A stretch of 64,000 nucleotides of DNA from Chiloscyllium plagiosum (Eukaryota), in the NCBI RefSeq assembly GCF_004010195.1, contig NC_057749.1, positions 10,813,646 through 10,877,645 on the forward strand. The letters are read 5' to 3'. Shown here piece after piece: positions 24,822 through 38,030 of this stretch. Made by a program: the position numbers and the translations under genes. The notes below the pieces were generated by a model, which saw only the letters and a program-made list of their open reading frames with translations, was not told the DNA's origin and did not search any database. Positions within the stretch are counted from its first letter, which is position 1, and each line of letters opens with the position of its first letter.

Positions 24822-25729
24822 GTAAGTAGAAACGTTACTCTGCACTATTTTTTTTAAGCACAAAAATACACAGTTGGCAGCTTGTATCATATCATTCAAC
24901 TTTGTGTTAGTATGGAAGCTAATCTGGCCGTAATTAAGTTGTTTACAGAAAGTGGATAAACTTGTATTTTCTTCATTCAGTTCCAACCCCCACCCCAACA
25001 CACAAAAACAAAAACCTGTTTATTTTCCCCCTGTTTCTCACTGGCTTTCAATAACTAACTAAATATCCTCGGGTTTCACAGTGTGGAAAAACAAGAGGTT
25101 TTGTTCAATCCAAACTTTAAAGAGCCCCTTGTAGGAGTTGAAAACAGAACCAGAAAAAAATATGTTGGGAGTCTGAATTGAAATGGGTCGAAGATATCCT
25201 TTGGTTTAATTTTCTGGTTCCCCCACCCAAAAAAAATCCCTGCCAGATTGACCCACTCCTTTGTAATCCTGCGTTTAAAATCCCGGACTGAGTTTTGCTG
25301 AACAGGCTGGGAGGTTAGTCGGTGTGTGTTGTGATGGGTGTAGTGGGGGGGGAGGGGGGAATGATAATGAAGCATTATCCGGGAAATGTGGTGCAAAACT
25401 ATTTGTGTTCTGACTTCAGAGCATCCAAGTGATGGAGAAACTCACAGGTCTGGCAGCAATCTGTGGAGAGAGAAAGCAGAGTTAATGTTTAGAGTCCTCA
25501 TGGCCCCCTCTACTCTGAAACGTTAACTTTCTCCACAGGTGCTGCTGGACCTGCTGAGTCTCTCTAGAGGTCCAGCATTCTCGGTAGAGTCATAGAGCTG
25601 TCCAGCACGGAAACAGACCCTTCGGTCCATGCCAACCAGATATACTAAATTAATCTAGTCCCATTTGCCAGCATTTGGCCCATATCCCTCTTAAACCCTT
25701 CCTATTCGTTTACTCATCAAGATGCCTTT

Positions 25730-26040
25730 AGATTAGAGATTCCCTACAGTGTGGAAACAGGCCGTTCGGCCCAACAAGTCCACACCGACCCTCCGAAGAG
25801 TAACCCACCCAGTCCCATTTCCCTCTGAATGATGCACCTAACACTATGGGCAATTTAGCATGGCCAGTTCACCTGACCTGCATATCTTTGGATTGTGGGA
25901 GGAAACCGGAGCACTCAGAGGAAACCCACGGAGACACGGGGAGAATGTGCAAACTCCATACAGCCCAAGGCTGGAATCGAACCTGGGACCCTGCTGCTGT
26001 GGGGCAGTGGTGCGAATCACTGAGCCATCGTGCTGCCCCT
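25730..26040 (-). mobile_element. HE1-type SINE nested in a CR1 3' fragment (~25586-26215)
   Basis: Reverse-strand SINE flanked by contiguous CR1 3' sequence. Confidence 0.8.
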
Positions 26041-27089
26041 TTGAAATGTTGTAATTGTACCAGCCTCCACCACTTCCTGTGGCAGCTTGTCCCATACATG
26101 CACCACCCCTAAGTGCCTTTTAATTCCCAGGTTCGATTCCACTCACTGTAAACCTACATCCTCTGGTTTTGAACTCCTCTACTCTGTGGAAAAGACCTTG
26201 ACTATTTACCCTCTTACACTCTAGTTCTTTGCTTGATTCACATCCATTCCTTTCTGAAGGCTTCTAGTTTCTGGCTTACAATACAATCTTTCACTTCTAA
26301 TGTAAGAACCTACTCAGGCCATTCAGCCAGTCAAAGCTGTGCCAGTATTTTTGAGGCAGAGGCAGATCGATTACCAATAGAGTCAAAGATTAGACTTTCG
26401 ATTTGGTTGTCACATGTACTCATGTACAGGAGTACAGTGAAAAGTGTATAATCTCGCCACACATGGTGCCATCTTAGGTACCTAGGCACAAAAGAAGTGT
26501 AGGTATAAAGTAGTAAGAAACAAAAAAGTCAAAACGTTAAGCATTACATCATAGAATAGGAGCAAAATAAAGAAAAAGGTAATAGTTTAGATTAAAGTCT
26601 TTCATAGTTTAAACCAAGAAAGTGAAGGAATAAGGATTATTGGAGGGGTGGGGTTGTAAGTGGGTTTGTGGAGCTGAGGCTAAATCAGGTAAGCAATGAT
26701 CTAATTGAATGGCAGAGCAGGGTTGAGATGCTAATGCCTCACTCCTGCTCCAATTCGTATGTTCCTCCTCAATTCCATTCTCCCATGTGTGTTTTAACTA
26801 GTTTCTGCTTAAATGGGCCTGTTAGTTGCTTTGCATATTCCTTGTCATCTTTTTTTTTGTCATCTGAGTAGCATGTAGGATTAGCAACTACCTTATATTC
26901 ACGGCCCCGAGCTTTTACTTTCTTTCAGGTTGAGATATTTAATGGTATTGATATTCCACTGGTAAAACCTGCATAAGCTCAGGCATAATCTCATTCTGCA
27001 GAGATGTTAGAAAGTACTTCAACGTGCAGAGAGTAGTGAAGGTTTGGAACTCCCTCAAATGCCTGCTGATGGTGTTTCAATTGTTAAAT

Positions 27090-27421
27090 TTAGATTAGAT
27101 TAGATTAGATTAGATTACTTACAGTGTGGAAACAGGCCCTTCGGCCCAACAAGTCCACACCGACCCGCCGAAGCGTAACCCACCCATACCCCTACATTTA
27201 CCCCTTTTAACCTAACACTACGGGCAATTTAGCATGGCCAATTCACCTGACCCGCACATCTTTGTGACTGTGGGAGGAAACCGGAGCACCCGGAGGAAAC
27301 CCACGCAGACACGGGGAGAACGTGCAAACTCCACACAGTCAGTCGCCTGAGGCGGGAATTGAACCCGGGTCTCTGGCGCTGTGAGGCAGCAGTGCTAACC
27401 ACTGTGCCACCGTGCCGCCCA
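27090..27421 (-). mobile_element. young HE1-type SINE
   Basis: CpG-intact copy with (TAGAT)n tail; nearly identical to 31741-32068 and 47550-47871. Confidence 0.9.
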
Positions 27422-28600
27422 CAATCTGCCCTTGCCTGAAGCATTGATTTTCCTGCTCCTCGGATGCTGCCTGACCTGCTGTGCTTTCCCAACATTACTC
27501 TAATCTTGACTTTAAACTCCAGCATCTGCAGTACCCACGTCTGTCAAATTTACATCTGAGACAATTTTTTTTATTATTATTGATCAGTTATTAATCAATA
27601 TGGCCCAAGCAGGCATATAGAGTTGGGCCACAGACTAGCAATGATCTTACTGAGCGGCTGAATGGTGTACTCCTGTTCCTATATTTTGAATATTTCTAAG
27701 TTATTGAATCTTGATCTGATCTATAGAGTCTATTGGACCACAATCTTTGTACAGGAGAGATTTCTTGAGTCTTTCTGATTATTGTAATCTCTCAATTCTG
27801 ATCATTTAGAAATGGACAGATTTTAATCAGTGAGGGAATCAGGGATTAGTGAGACAAATCAGGAAAGTGGAGTCGAGGATTATTAGATCTGCCATGATCT
27901 CTCTGCATAGCAGAGTAGATTTGATGGGCACAATGGCCTATTTTTAATCCTATGATTTAAGGCTTTTTTTTTTGCATTTTCTCCAGTGCTATTAAGCCTT
28001 TGTGTGGTACAGAGACCAAAAAGTTTGCTCAGTACTCAGTGTCATGTGATTTATGTATCCTATCACCTTGGCAACCATCCATCTGTGTTCTGTGCTTGCA
28101 ACATTTATCATGCAACATTTTCAAAAAAAAATAAATGTTCTACCAAAGTTTAAAATGTAGTTATTAATTGACTACTATCTGTGAGCGACTGACCTACAAA
28201 GTCTTTATTTGATTTCTGGCTCCAGTTACACTGCACATTGTGAACAGGGAGACAGCCATCCTGGTTTATAAACTGTTAGCAACTATTTATCACTGAAAGC
28301 AGTCAGTAACGTCCCCTCTTTCCTCTGAATTAAAAGGTTGCAGTTTCACATCCTACTCCAGAGACTTGACCTTAAATCTGGGCTGACACTTCCTGTGCTA
28401 TACTGAGAATTTGTTTAATTGCCAAATGTGCCATCTTTCAGACGAAATGTTAGACTGCAGCCCCTTGTGTGGTCGATGAAAAAAATCCCATGGCCTGTTT
28501 TTAAAATAGCACCAAAGACTTCTCCCTGACGTCCTTGTCGCCCCCCCTCGCCCCTGCCCGCCCTCTCTCGCCTGCCCTCGCTCTCACCCTCTCTCGCCCT

Positions 28601-28802
28601 TAAAAATCACACACAACAGGTTATAATCCAAACAGATTTAATTGGAAGCACTAGCTTTCGGAGCACTGCTCCTTCACCATCTAATGAAGAAGCAACACTC
28701 CGATAGCTAGTGCTTCCAATTAAACCTGTTGGACTACAACCTGCTATTGTCTGATTTTTAACTTTGTACATCCAAATCCAACACCAGCACCTCTAAATCA
28801 TG
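28601..28802. mobile_element. hairpin PLE-derived short element, family B (degenerate)
   Basis: Fold-back around ~28680 of the same sequence as the 30938/32287 termini. Single arms also at ~16025-16110, ~29290-29430 and 46871-46990. Confidence 0.7.
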
Positions 28803-31025
28803 TCTCTCAATCAACATATGAGTCCAGAAAATCATGCTGATTTGGGAGATTTCTAGGTGTGAATTGGTTACCACAATTCCTACCTTACAACAGGAACCAC
28901 ATTTCAACGTGTATTGACTGAAGTTTCTGAACAAGCTGCTATAGAAATGCAAGTAACTTTGCTTTAGGTAAAACAAAATCTGTGTTACATCGATAGTTTA
29001 AATTATGTTCATTGGTGAGACTTGACTCCTGATTGGCCTCTTAATGATTACAGAGTTAAATACCTTTCAAAAAACACTTGCATGTGAGGGTTACATGACT
29101 TGAAATGAAAGATCAGGGAAAAGCAGCATTTATTGCCCATTCCTAATTGTCACGTGGGCAGTTATGATCAATCTTAAATATGTTCTCCAAATAATTCCAT
29201 TAAAGAACTGTTCGATTACAAACAGGAATATCCAACACTGAGACATTCTCGAAATTCTTACTGAACCATTAAAGACAGCTTTGTTTTAAGTGATGTGGAG
29301 GTGCCAGTGTTGGACTGGTGTGGACATGTTTAAAAAATCACACAACCCCAGATTATTGTCCAACAGATTTATTTGGAAGCACTAGCTTTCGGAGTACTCC
29401 GAACACTTGTACTTCCAAATAAACCTGTTGGGTAATTAGGGATGCGTGATAAATGCTGGTCTGGCCAAAGTCTGTGAATGAAAATCATTTGATATTGAAC
29501 AGAGAAGTAGAGGTTGGCTATTCAGCCCTTTATCCAGTTCTGCAGATGGAAGACCCATGGCTGATGGCTTGTGTGACAAATTCCACATTGCCATTTACTT
29601 CCCCCGATAACCTTTAATTCCTTTCCAAAACAGAACCCCTCTACCTCCACTTGAGAAATATTCAATGAGCCCCACCACTACCACCACCTTTTGAGCTAGA
29701 GGGTTCCAAAGTCGCTCAGACCAGGCAATTCTCTTCCTCTCTGACCAAAGGGATGATGCCTAATTTTAAAGCAGTGCCACCTGTTTCTATTCTCACCTAC
29801 GAAAGGAAATATCCCTTCCTCGTCTACTTTGTGAAGGTCATAGCATCTCTGCAGTGTGGAAGCAGGCCATTTGGCTCATTGAATCCACACTGACCCTCAG
29901 AGCATCTCATCTAGACCCAACCCTCTACCCCTGGATTTCCTATGGCCTATCCACCTAGCCTGCATGTCCCAGGAGACTATGGGCAATTTGGCATGGCCAG
30001 TCCTCTCTAAGCCACACATCTTTGGACTATAGAAGCAAACCGGAACACCTGGAGGAAACCCACACAGACACAGGGAGAATGTGCAAGTTCCACATAGGCA
30101 GTGACCCGAGGCTGGAATTGAACTCTGGTCCCTGGCATTGTGAGGCAGCAGCGCTAACCACTAAGCTACTTCTGATATACTCCAATCAAGTCACTCCTCA
30201 TTCTCCTCAACTCCAAGGGAAACAAGCCCAGTCTGCATCTGCATAACAAACCAACTCATTCCAGGTATCAGTCTTTTAAACCTCACTGAACTACCAATGA
30301 TGCACTTGTAACAAAGAGACCACAAATACACACATTGCGTTTGTCAGATCCTTGATGTAAATGGAGTACTTGAGAGACAATGAATCACTTTGGAGTTCTG
30401 TGACTTATTTCAGCAGGTAAGATTCCATAAATAATGACAAATGTGTGTAGACCAAGATTTATAGCACCGGTTGCATTGTCGGCAGGTTCTCAGGCGACAG
30501 AGAAAGTTAGCCCAGCTGCTGACATTTAACACTTTAAAGCTTGCTCTGAATTGAGGCACCTCCCCCCTCCGTCTCTCACTTGGTGGATACATCTCCTTCT
30601 AAACTGGGTGTTGGTTGGTGGCTTCCTAATGACCGTCCAATTTGAGATTCTGCTTACTGTCCCTCGATTGGGTGGCAAGTCCACCCTCCTGGCCAATTTG
30701 TAGAATGTTTCTTCTTAGTGACTGTGCGCCACCAAGTGTAGGGTTGTGACCCCTGTTTGACCCCAGCAGCTGAACACATTGGAATGTCATCAAGTGAGGG
30801 GGAGTTAGCCTTGAACTGGCAACCTTCTAACCTCGAGGAGAGAGTGGTAACACTGGGCTGATCAGATAAGGAGCAGCATAAATCAGATGCCCGTAGGAAG
30901 GAGACATCAGCAGCCATAGTGACCTAGAGGATTTAAGATTTGGAGATGCCGGTGTTGGACTGGGGTGTACAAAGTTAAAAATCACACAACACCAGGTTAT
31001 AGTCCAACAGGTTTATTTGGAAGCA

Positions 31026-31060
31026 CACTAGCTTTCGGAGCGTCGCTCCTTCATCAGGTG
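31026..31060 (-). ncRNA. minimal type-I hammerhead ribozyme motif (family B)
   Basis: Minus strand CAC-CTGATGA-A-GGAGC-GAC-GCTCC-GAAA-GC-TA-GTG: stem I CAC/GTG, 5-bp stem II, palindromic AGCT helix III. Confidence 0.7.
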
Positions 31061-31740
31061 ATAGTGGAGGGCTCGATCGTAACACAGAATTTATAGCAAA
31101 AATTTACAGTGTGATGTAACTGAANNNNNNNNNNNNNNNNNNNNNNNNNNNNNNNNNNNNNNNNNNNNNNNNNNNNNNNNNNNNNNNNNNNNNNNNNNNN
31201 NNNNNNNNNNNNNNNNNNNNNNNNNNNNNNNNNNNNNNNNNNNNNNNNNNNNNNNNNNNNNNNNNNNNNNNNNNNNNNNNNNNNNNNNNNNNNNNNNNNN
31301 NNNNNNNNNNNNNNNNNNNNNNNNNNNNNNNNNNNNNNNNNNNNNNNNNNNNNNNNNNNNNNNNNNNNNNNNNNNNNNNNNNNNNNNNNNNNNNNNNNNN
31401 NNNNNNNNNNNNNNNNNNNNNNNNNNNNNNNNNNNNNNNNNNNNNNNNNNNNNNNNNNNNNNNNNNNNNNNNNNNNNNNNNNNNNNNNNNNNNNNNNNNN
31501 NNNNNNNNNNNNNNNNNNNNNNNNNNNNNNNNNNNNNNNNNNNNNNNNNNNNNNNNNNNNNNNNNNNNNNNNNNNNNNNNNNNNNNNNNNNNNNNNNNNN
31601 NNNNNNNNNNNNNNNNNNNNNNNNNNNNNNNNNNNNNNNNNNNNNNNNNNNNNNNNNNNNNNNNNNNNNNNNNNNNNNNNNNNNNNNNNNNNNNNNNNNN
31701 NNNNNNNNNNNNNNNNNNNNNNNNNNTCACGAAGAACATT

Positions 31741-32068
31741 TTAGATTAGATTACTTACAGATTAGATTACTTACAGTGTGGAAACAGGCCCTTCGGCCCA
31801 ACAAGTCCACACTGCCCCGCCGAAGCGCAACCCACCCATACTCCTACATCTACCCCTTACCTAACACTACGGGCAATTTAGCATAGCCAATTCACCTGAC
31901 CTGCACATCTTTGGACTGTGGGAGGAAACCGGAGCACCCGGAGGAAACCCACGCAGACACGGGGAGAATGTGCAAACTCCACACAGTCAGTCCCTGAGGC
32001 GGGAAATGAACCCGGATCTCTGGCGCTGTGAGGCAGCAGTGCTAACCACTGTGCCACCGTGCCGCCCA
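31741..32068 (-). mobile_element. young HE1-type SINE
   Basis: Full-length copy inside the family-B element. Confidence 0.9.
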
Positions 32069-32199
32069 CGAACATGGCGTAATTTTTCAGCTCCTGGGAA
32101 AGGCTTAACAGACAATCAATTTTTCAATGTATAATTTCAGTTACATCACACTGTAAATTTTTGCTATAAATTCTGTGTTAGGATCGAGCCCTCCACTAT

Positions 32200-32234
32200 C
32201 ACCTGATGAAGGAGCATCGCTCCGAAAGCTAGTG
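32200..32234 (+). ncRNA. minimal type-I hammerhead ribozyme motif (family B)
   Basis: CAC-CTGATGA-A-GGAGC-ATC-GCTCC-GAAA-GC-TA-GTG; inverted partner of 31026-31060. Confidence 0.7.
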
Positions 32235-35200
32235 TGCTTCCAATTAAACCTGTTGGACTATAACCTGGTGTCATGTGATTTTTAACTTAGAGGATTTAAG
32301 CCAGTGTTGTGCAGTACATTAGCCGCATGTGGCTAATGGGTAAACCAGATGTGTCTGACTGACCAATGAGTAGAAAATGAGTAATAGATGGCTGTTGAGC
32401 ATCTGATATTTATGTTCTTATATTCACAGTCCATGAACTTTAACCAGTTTGTGAGCATGTTGATAAAATGGAAAACAATGTGGGTCACTGTTGGTTGATG
32501 TGAATCCCTTGCTTACTGAATCAGTAGACGTAATTGACACAATGTCCAGGTGCAATGTAAGTTCAACCTGGATTTTGAAGCACCCAAAATGCTTTGTACT
32601 GAAGTTTCATGGGGTTAGAGTTGAATCCATGCCTGTGGCCATTACATATTTACACTAATTATGTTCCCTGGGATTTAAAAGCTTAAGGGGCAATTTGATC
32701 AGCATTTCTAAATTATGAAGGGGAACGGTATCAGGTACGCTGCAAGAAACCATTCCTTCTGGTTGGAACATTCATAATTGGAGAATATCTAAAAATTAGC
32801 CCCAGACTTGGATGGATTGGAACTAGGAACACATTCTCCGTGAGGTGGGAGCTGGGAACTCTCTTCTGGAAATACCAATTATTGCCGGATAAGTTCACTT
32901 TAAAACTGCGATCTGATAAAGTTTTTGATAACTAAATATGGTAAGCGACAGGAGGCAAAGTTGAGTACGTAGTGTTATGAACCAAACCAAACCCCGTCAC
33001 AAAATTTTAAAAAGGTAGCCTAGGCTCTAACCTTTTCTTATTTTAAAAGTAGATGTGAAGTGCCGTGTTCCTGATGCAATGCATCAAACTTCTCCGTGTT
33101 AATCAAAATACAATTTATTTCCTGATTGGGCTGATGAAGGGCTTATGCCTGAAACACCAACTCTCCTGCTCCTCAGATGCTGCCTGACTTGCTGTGCTTT
33201 TCCAGCGCCACACTTTTTTACCTCAGCAATTTATTTAAGCTTTACAGTTTAAAATACAAACAAAACAATTTAGGATAACTTAGCTATTTAAAAAATGTAA
33301 TAATAGATGCAGTGCCTATTACTAATTAACTGTTCCAATACAGTAACACCCCATAAACACAGCCCTTGATAAAAAGGCAAATTCAGACACAGATTCTTAC
33401 ATGCAGTTCTTCAATCCAGGAGGGAAAAAAAATCATTGAGCGGCACGGTGGCACAGTGGTTAGCACTGCTGCCTCACAGCGCCTGAGACCCGGGTTCAAT
33501 TCCCGACTCAGGNNNNNNNNNNNNNNNNNNNNNNNNNNNNNNNNNNNNNNNNNNNNNNNNNNNNNNNNNNNNNNNNNNNNNGCGGGTCGGTGTGGACTTG
33601 TTGGGCCGAAGGGCCTGTTTCCACACTGTAATGTAATCTAAAATTCAGTGGAAGTAGCAGCCAGAAGTTATTCACTGAAGCTTCCAACTCTGAGATCCCA
33701 AAGGCCTCTGCTTAGAAAAGGCTGACTACACCAAGGCTGCTTCCATCATTCCAACTTTCAAAAACATACCCAAGGCCTCTCCGAATTGTTTACTTTCTTA
33801 GACACAACTCCGTACTTCTGCCTTACAACTTCTCTTTCTAAAAAAAAAAGGGCAAAATAACCTCTTAAGGTGATAGGAATGTCACATGGGAGTGAGGTCC
33901 CAGAATGGCCTCATGGAATGGCGGCATGAGAAGTCAACTCCAGTCACTAGGTTGTATTGCAAAACACTGCTTTGGAACAGGGTTCTCGTAACTGCAGGGG
34001 GGGGGTCATTAGCTGAAATTTCAGGGTCCCAAACACCAGTGCGTTTCTAAGTTTTTTTTTAATAAGAGCTGCTCCATATCAAAAATGCTCCCCCCCTCCC
34101 CCCAGCGCACCCTTTCATTGGTTCCCACTCCCATCATGTGACTTATCTTCTCCTGAGTTCCCGCTGAGTGGTCGCGACCATTTTAAAGCTTCCAATGGGG
34201 TCATGGTGAATGTGGGAGCAATGTTTTGGGGAGCAGGGCTCTGGAAACTGCAAACTCTGGTGAGATGCTACATGAACCGGTGATCCCCAAATTCAGTTTT
34301 TGGCCAGCGCTGAACTAGGGAGCTGTGGCAACTACTCCATTCTCCAAATTATTTTCGCAGCATATCTTCTCTCTTTCTAATTTTTGGCAAAGGGGTCAAA
34401 GGATTCCCCGGGCTGATTACCAGTCTGGTGAACTGTATTGTAGACATTTTATTTATCGTTGATTCCTGGGTTGGAAGTTGGATGTGGAGCTTCTAGCCCA
34501 GGAGTAGGGACGTAGAGAAAGAAGATCTTGTAACTCAAAATTGTAAGGAGAAATAAGTTGAGATGAGGACACATTTTAAAAAAAAACAGAATGTGAACTC
34601 TTGTGGTGCATGGAACTAAATCATAACAAGAGTCAATGCGTTGTAACGCATCCAAAACAGTTGATTCGGGGGAAAAAGAATTGAACAACTGAACTGAAGT
34701 GTGGGGACTGTTCAGTGGGTTTATGACCTTGCCTGCAGTGCAAACTAGTCCAGGTTCTGCATGATTAGTCCATTAGTTACAGCTGACACGGCAGAACAGC
34801 AAACATTTGACTGTGACCCTTTGCTAATTGTTAGGGTTATGCTTTAGAGAGAGAGGAAAATACACTCCGACTTCTTTGATCATCAGAGATGGTAGTAATG
34901 AAAACTTCATGGGTGACACAATCTGTGTTTTAACAATTTTCCCAAGAGTACTTGTTATTTGCATTTGAAAAGGGACCATCTAACCTGTGTCTGTGGAGAC
35001 GATACTGACTGACCCATCTCTCTCTCCCCACAGGGCAAGTAATTGAGTTTATCCCTCAGTTTGCCCTCCTTTCAGTGAGGGTGTGTAATTCAACTCTTAC
35101 ACAAATATTTACACAAGGTTCTGGAATGTCTTCTTCTAACTCTCAACCTTGTGCCATTTATCTCCGGTGACAAGATATTTATTGTTTCAGAGTCCTTCAG

Positions 35201-37763
35201 GAAACAGAATCTTGTGTAAAAAGTGCTCCTGCTTGTCTTCAAAGCCTTTTGTTTATGCAGCACCTTTGTTGGCCCCCAAGTTGTGCCAAAACATTTTAAA
35301 GTCATCTTCGAGACGTGACAGCTATGGGTTAATCTGCTTTTGATGATGTTGAGTTTTCAAGATAAAATAGACATCCAAAGCTATCCTCCCAGTACCCATG
35401 TCCAATACTCTCTACTGGAGTTTAATTCAGGTTCCATCATGAATCCTTTTGGGACCATTTCACCCTCATCCCTCCATACTGCATTGGAATGGCAGCTGGG
35501 GTTTCTGTGCTCAAGTCTCTTGGGTAGCTGGGTAAGTACATGAGGGAGAAATAAGTCGGAGGATGAGAGAGACTGGAAGGTGTCTCATGTGGAGGGCAAC
35601 TGTTGGAATTGGTCAGTTGAGTTGAATAGCTTGTGTTGTAGCTGTTATTTAGGAAGGTGTGTAAATTTGTTGATCTTTAATTCCTCATAGTTAAATCATA
35701 GGAACATTGGACCAGGATAAAGCCATTTGGCCCACTGAGCCCATTCTGTCATAAATCACATCATGGTTGATCTACATTGACACCATTTACTTGCACTATC
35801 TCCATCTCTCAAGATCTCTTTGAAAATCTATTAATCTCTGTCGTAAATATACTCAATGTCTGAGCCTCCACGTCTCTATGGGCTGGAGTATTCACTACAT
35901 TCTGAGTGAAGAGATCCTCCCCTCCCCCACCACCTCTGCCTTATTCCCAGATGATGTCCTCTGGTTCTAGGTACCCCAGCCAATAGAAGCATCCTTCCTG
36001 CATTAACCCAGTGGAACCCAGTAAATAATTTCATCTGAAGACTACAAAATAATACTCGTAGAAGCATCTCTTTCCCCTTGTGAACAGCCAATTTCATGTT
36101 CTACCAAAAGTCAGGATGGGAAGTGATGATCTAATGATATCATCACTGGACTGTTAAGCCAGAGACCCAGGTCATGTTCTGGGGACCAGGCTTTGAATCC
36201 TGCTACCGCAGATGGTGGAATTTGAATTCAATTTTGTTAAAAAATGGAATAGAGAATCTAATGATTAATCCAATCCAGAAAAACTCAACGGATTCACTAA
36301 TGTCCTTTATGAATGGAAGCTTCCATCCTTACCTGTTTCGTCTACATGTGACTTCAGACCCACAGTAATGTGGTTGACTCTTAACTGCCCTCTGGGCAAT
36401 TAGGGATGGGCAATAAATATTATCTAGCCAAAGACACCCACATCCCATGAATGAATTGAAAGAAGCGGTAATTCTGAATGCGATGTCCCATTGTCTTTTT
36501 GTTTTGAAAAAGAATAATCCTTGATCTCACCTTGTGTTACAGTCATTCCAGATCACAGACAACTGGAAATTTCCAGCTCTCTCCAGGCATTTTCCTATTT
36601 ATTCAGAATTTAAAAAAACTTCCTCGTTTTGTATTCTTCTTCTCGTACTGACACCGATAGCTGAATTAATGGGCAAGTTAGCAACCTGGAGCTATGTCAC
36701 CAACTCTGCACTTGCATCATGACATCCCCTGCACATCACCCAAGTACTGTATAATGTTAATGTTAAGTACCAACAGTAACAAACAAAGTTGGTTTCATAC
36801 AAGGTCTTCCATGATCTTGGGGTATCCCGTAGTGCTGCACAGCCAATGTGAAGCTTTGTCACTTACAAAAAAGGAAGTAACATGTCTGGAAAATTATGCA
36901 CAGCATGCTCCCGAACATGGATGGTTCTGCTGATCAAACATGAAGATCATCTTACGCAATATGTTGAGGCAGCCTTCAACTGGCTGCATCTGCCCATGAC
37001 TAGATGTGAAAGGTGATTGATCGCTAAGAATTCTTCCTTTTTCTTCCCTTGGTGTGAGTGGCTTGTGTTTCCTTCTCCATTTATTATAATGACATTTAAT
37101 CTCCTGCTCATCTAATTAAATACCTCAAAACTTTGATCGACCACTTCCTCCATTAAACAGAGAGTGAATCTGGCTCTAAATATGGCAGTCAGTGACTCAG
37201 AGTCATTTTGCCAGATGTCACAAACATTACAAATACAATTGAGCTAGTATATTTCAGCGTTCTGGTTTTATTGTCATGAAGTTAATTCTGCATTTTAGTG
37301 ATCATTGTAATTTTGGCGTAACATATGATTACTGGACTTGGAAGCCATTCTCTAAAGTATCTCCTTACTGTAAAATCTTTTGAATCTAATTGCTTTAAAT
37401 GGAACAAACCCTCCTTGTTATATTCACAAGTCAGGTCATGTTGAGTGTATTTTAGCATACTGTGTGTCTATATGAAACCATTGATCCTGCAATAGATAGG
37501 TTTGGCAATAAAGTGGACCGGCTATTTAACTGTGTGTGTCCCCAGTGTGAAGTTGGACTTGGAGGTGTTAAGCATAACTTGTAAGAGAAGGAGAGAGAGA
37601 GAGAGAGAAAACGAGAGAAAACCATTTGTCAAGGGGAGCTTTTGTACTTGACAGCTTTGGTCATTAATCCAGATCAGTCGTGCAAGGCACCACAGGACAA
37701 CAGACTAAGGATCTGAACAACTTGTGCATTGGCTTGTTGACCAAGGGAGATACAGTGCAAAGA

Positions 37764-37867
37764 ATGGATTTCAGGAATGATTCTTTGGACGTTGACGAGC
37801 CCGATTTCCTGGAGTACTCAGACTGGTACATTGACGATCGTTTGGATCCCACCACCCCTCCTGCTGA
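37764..37867 (+). CDS. STRA6: STRA6 coding exon 1
   Basis: MDFRNDSLDVDEPDFLEYSDWYIDDRLDPTTPPA(D); the Y..WYID motif matches human YSYGSWYIDEP. Donor GA|GTATGT. Possible acceptors at 37654 or 37672. Confidence 0.88.
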
Positions 37868-37966
37868 GTATGTTTTTCATTTTGACTCTGTTCTTAATTT
37901 CAGTTTATTTTTCCTTTAACTGTGACAAGTACTTATCACTATTTATTTGTTTGTTTTGTTCTGTAG

Positions 37967-38030
37967 TGTAACGTCCTGTGATCCCACTATCCCTGTTGAG
38001 TTGTATCATATGTGTGCCGCAGGGGTGTCT
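37967..38030 (+). CDS. STRA6: STRA6 coding exon 2
   Basis: tgtag acceptor; VTSCDPTIPVELYHMCAAGVS (human [21 protein letters not shown]); donor GTAAGT. Confidence 0.93.

Larger units (their letters stand above)
30938..32287. mobile_element. PLE-derived element with inverted terminal repeats (family B); nested HE1 SINE and gap
   Basis: ~30972-31124 and ~32136-32288 are reverse complements. 13-bp TSD TAGAGGATTTAAG at 30925-30937 and 32288-32300. Confidence 0.75.

Noticed and set aside
31104..31739. 211-aa ORF, and the lengths of ORFs at 17447-18172 and 17473-17994
   Set aside because: Artefacts of translating through N gaps.
34169..34180. Palindrome TGGTCGCGACCA as a regulatory site
   Set aside because: Isolated 12-mer that does not match the TCTCGCGAGA motif well, with no supporting context.
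37680..37763. GTG-initiated N-terminal extension of STRA6
   Set aside because: The ORF track starts at a GTG. Homology begins after the ATG at 37764, so this is more likely 5' UTR.
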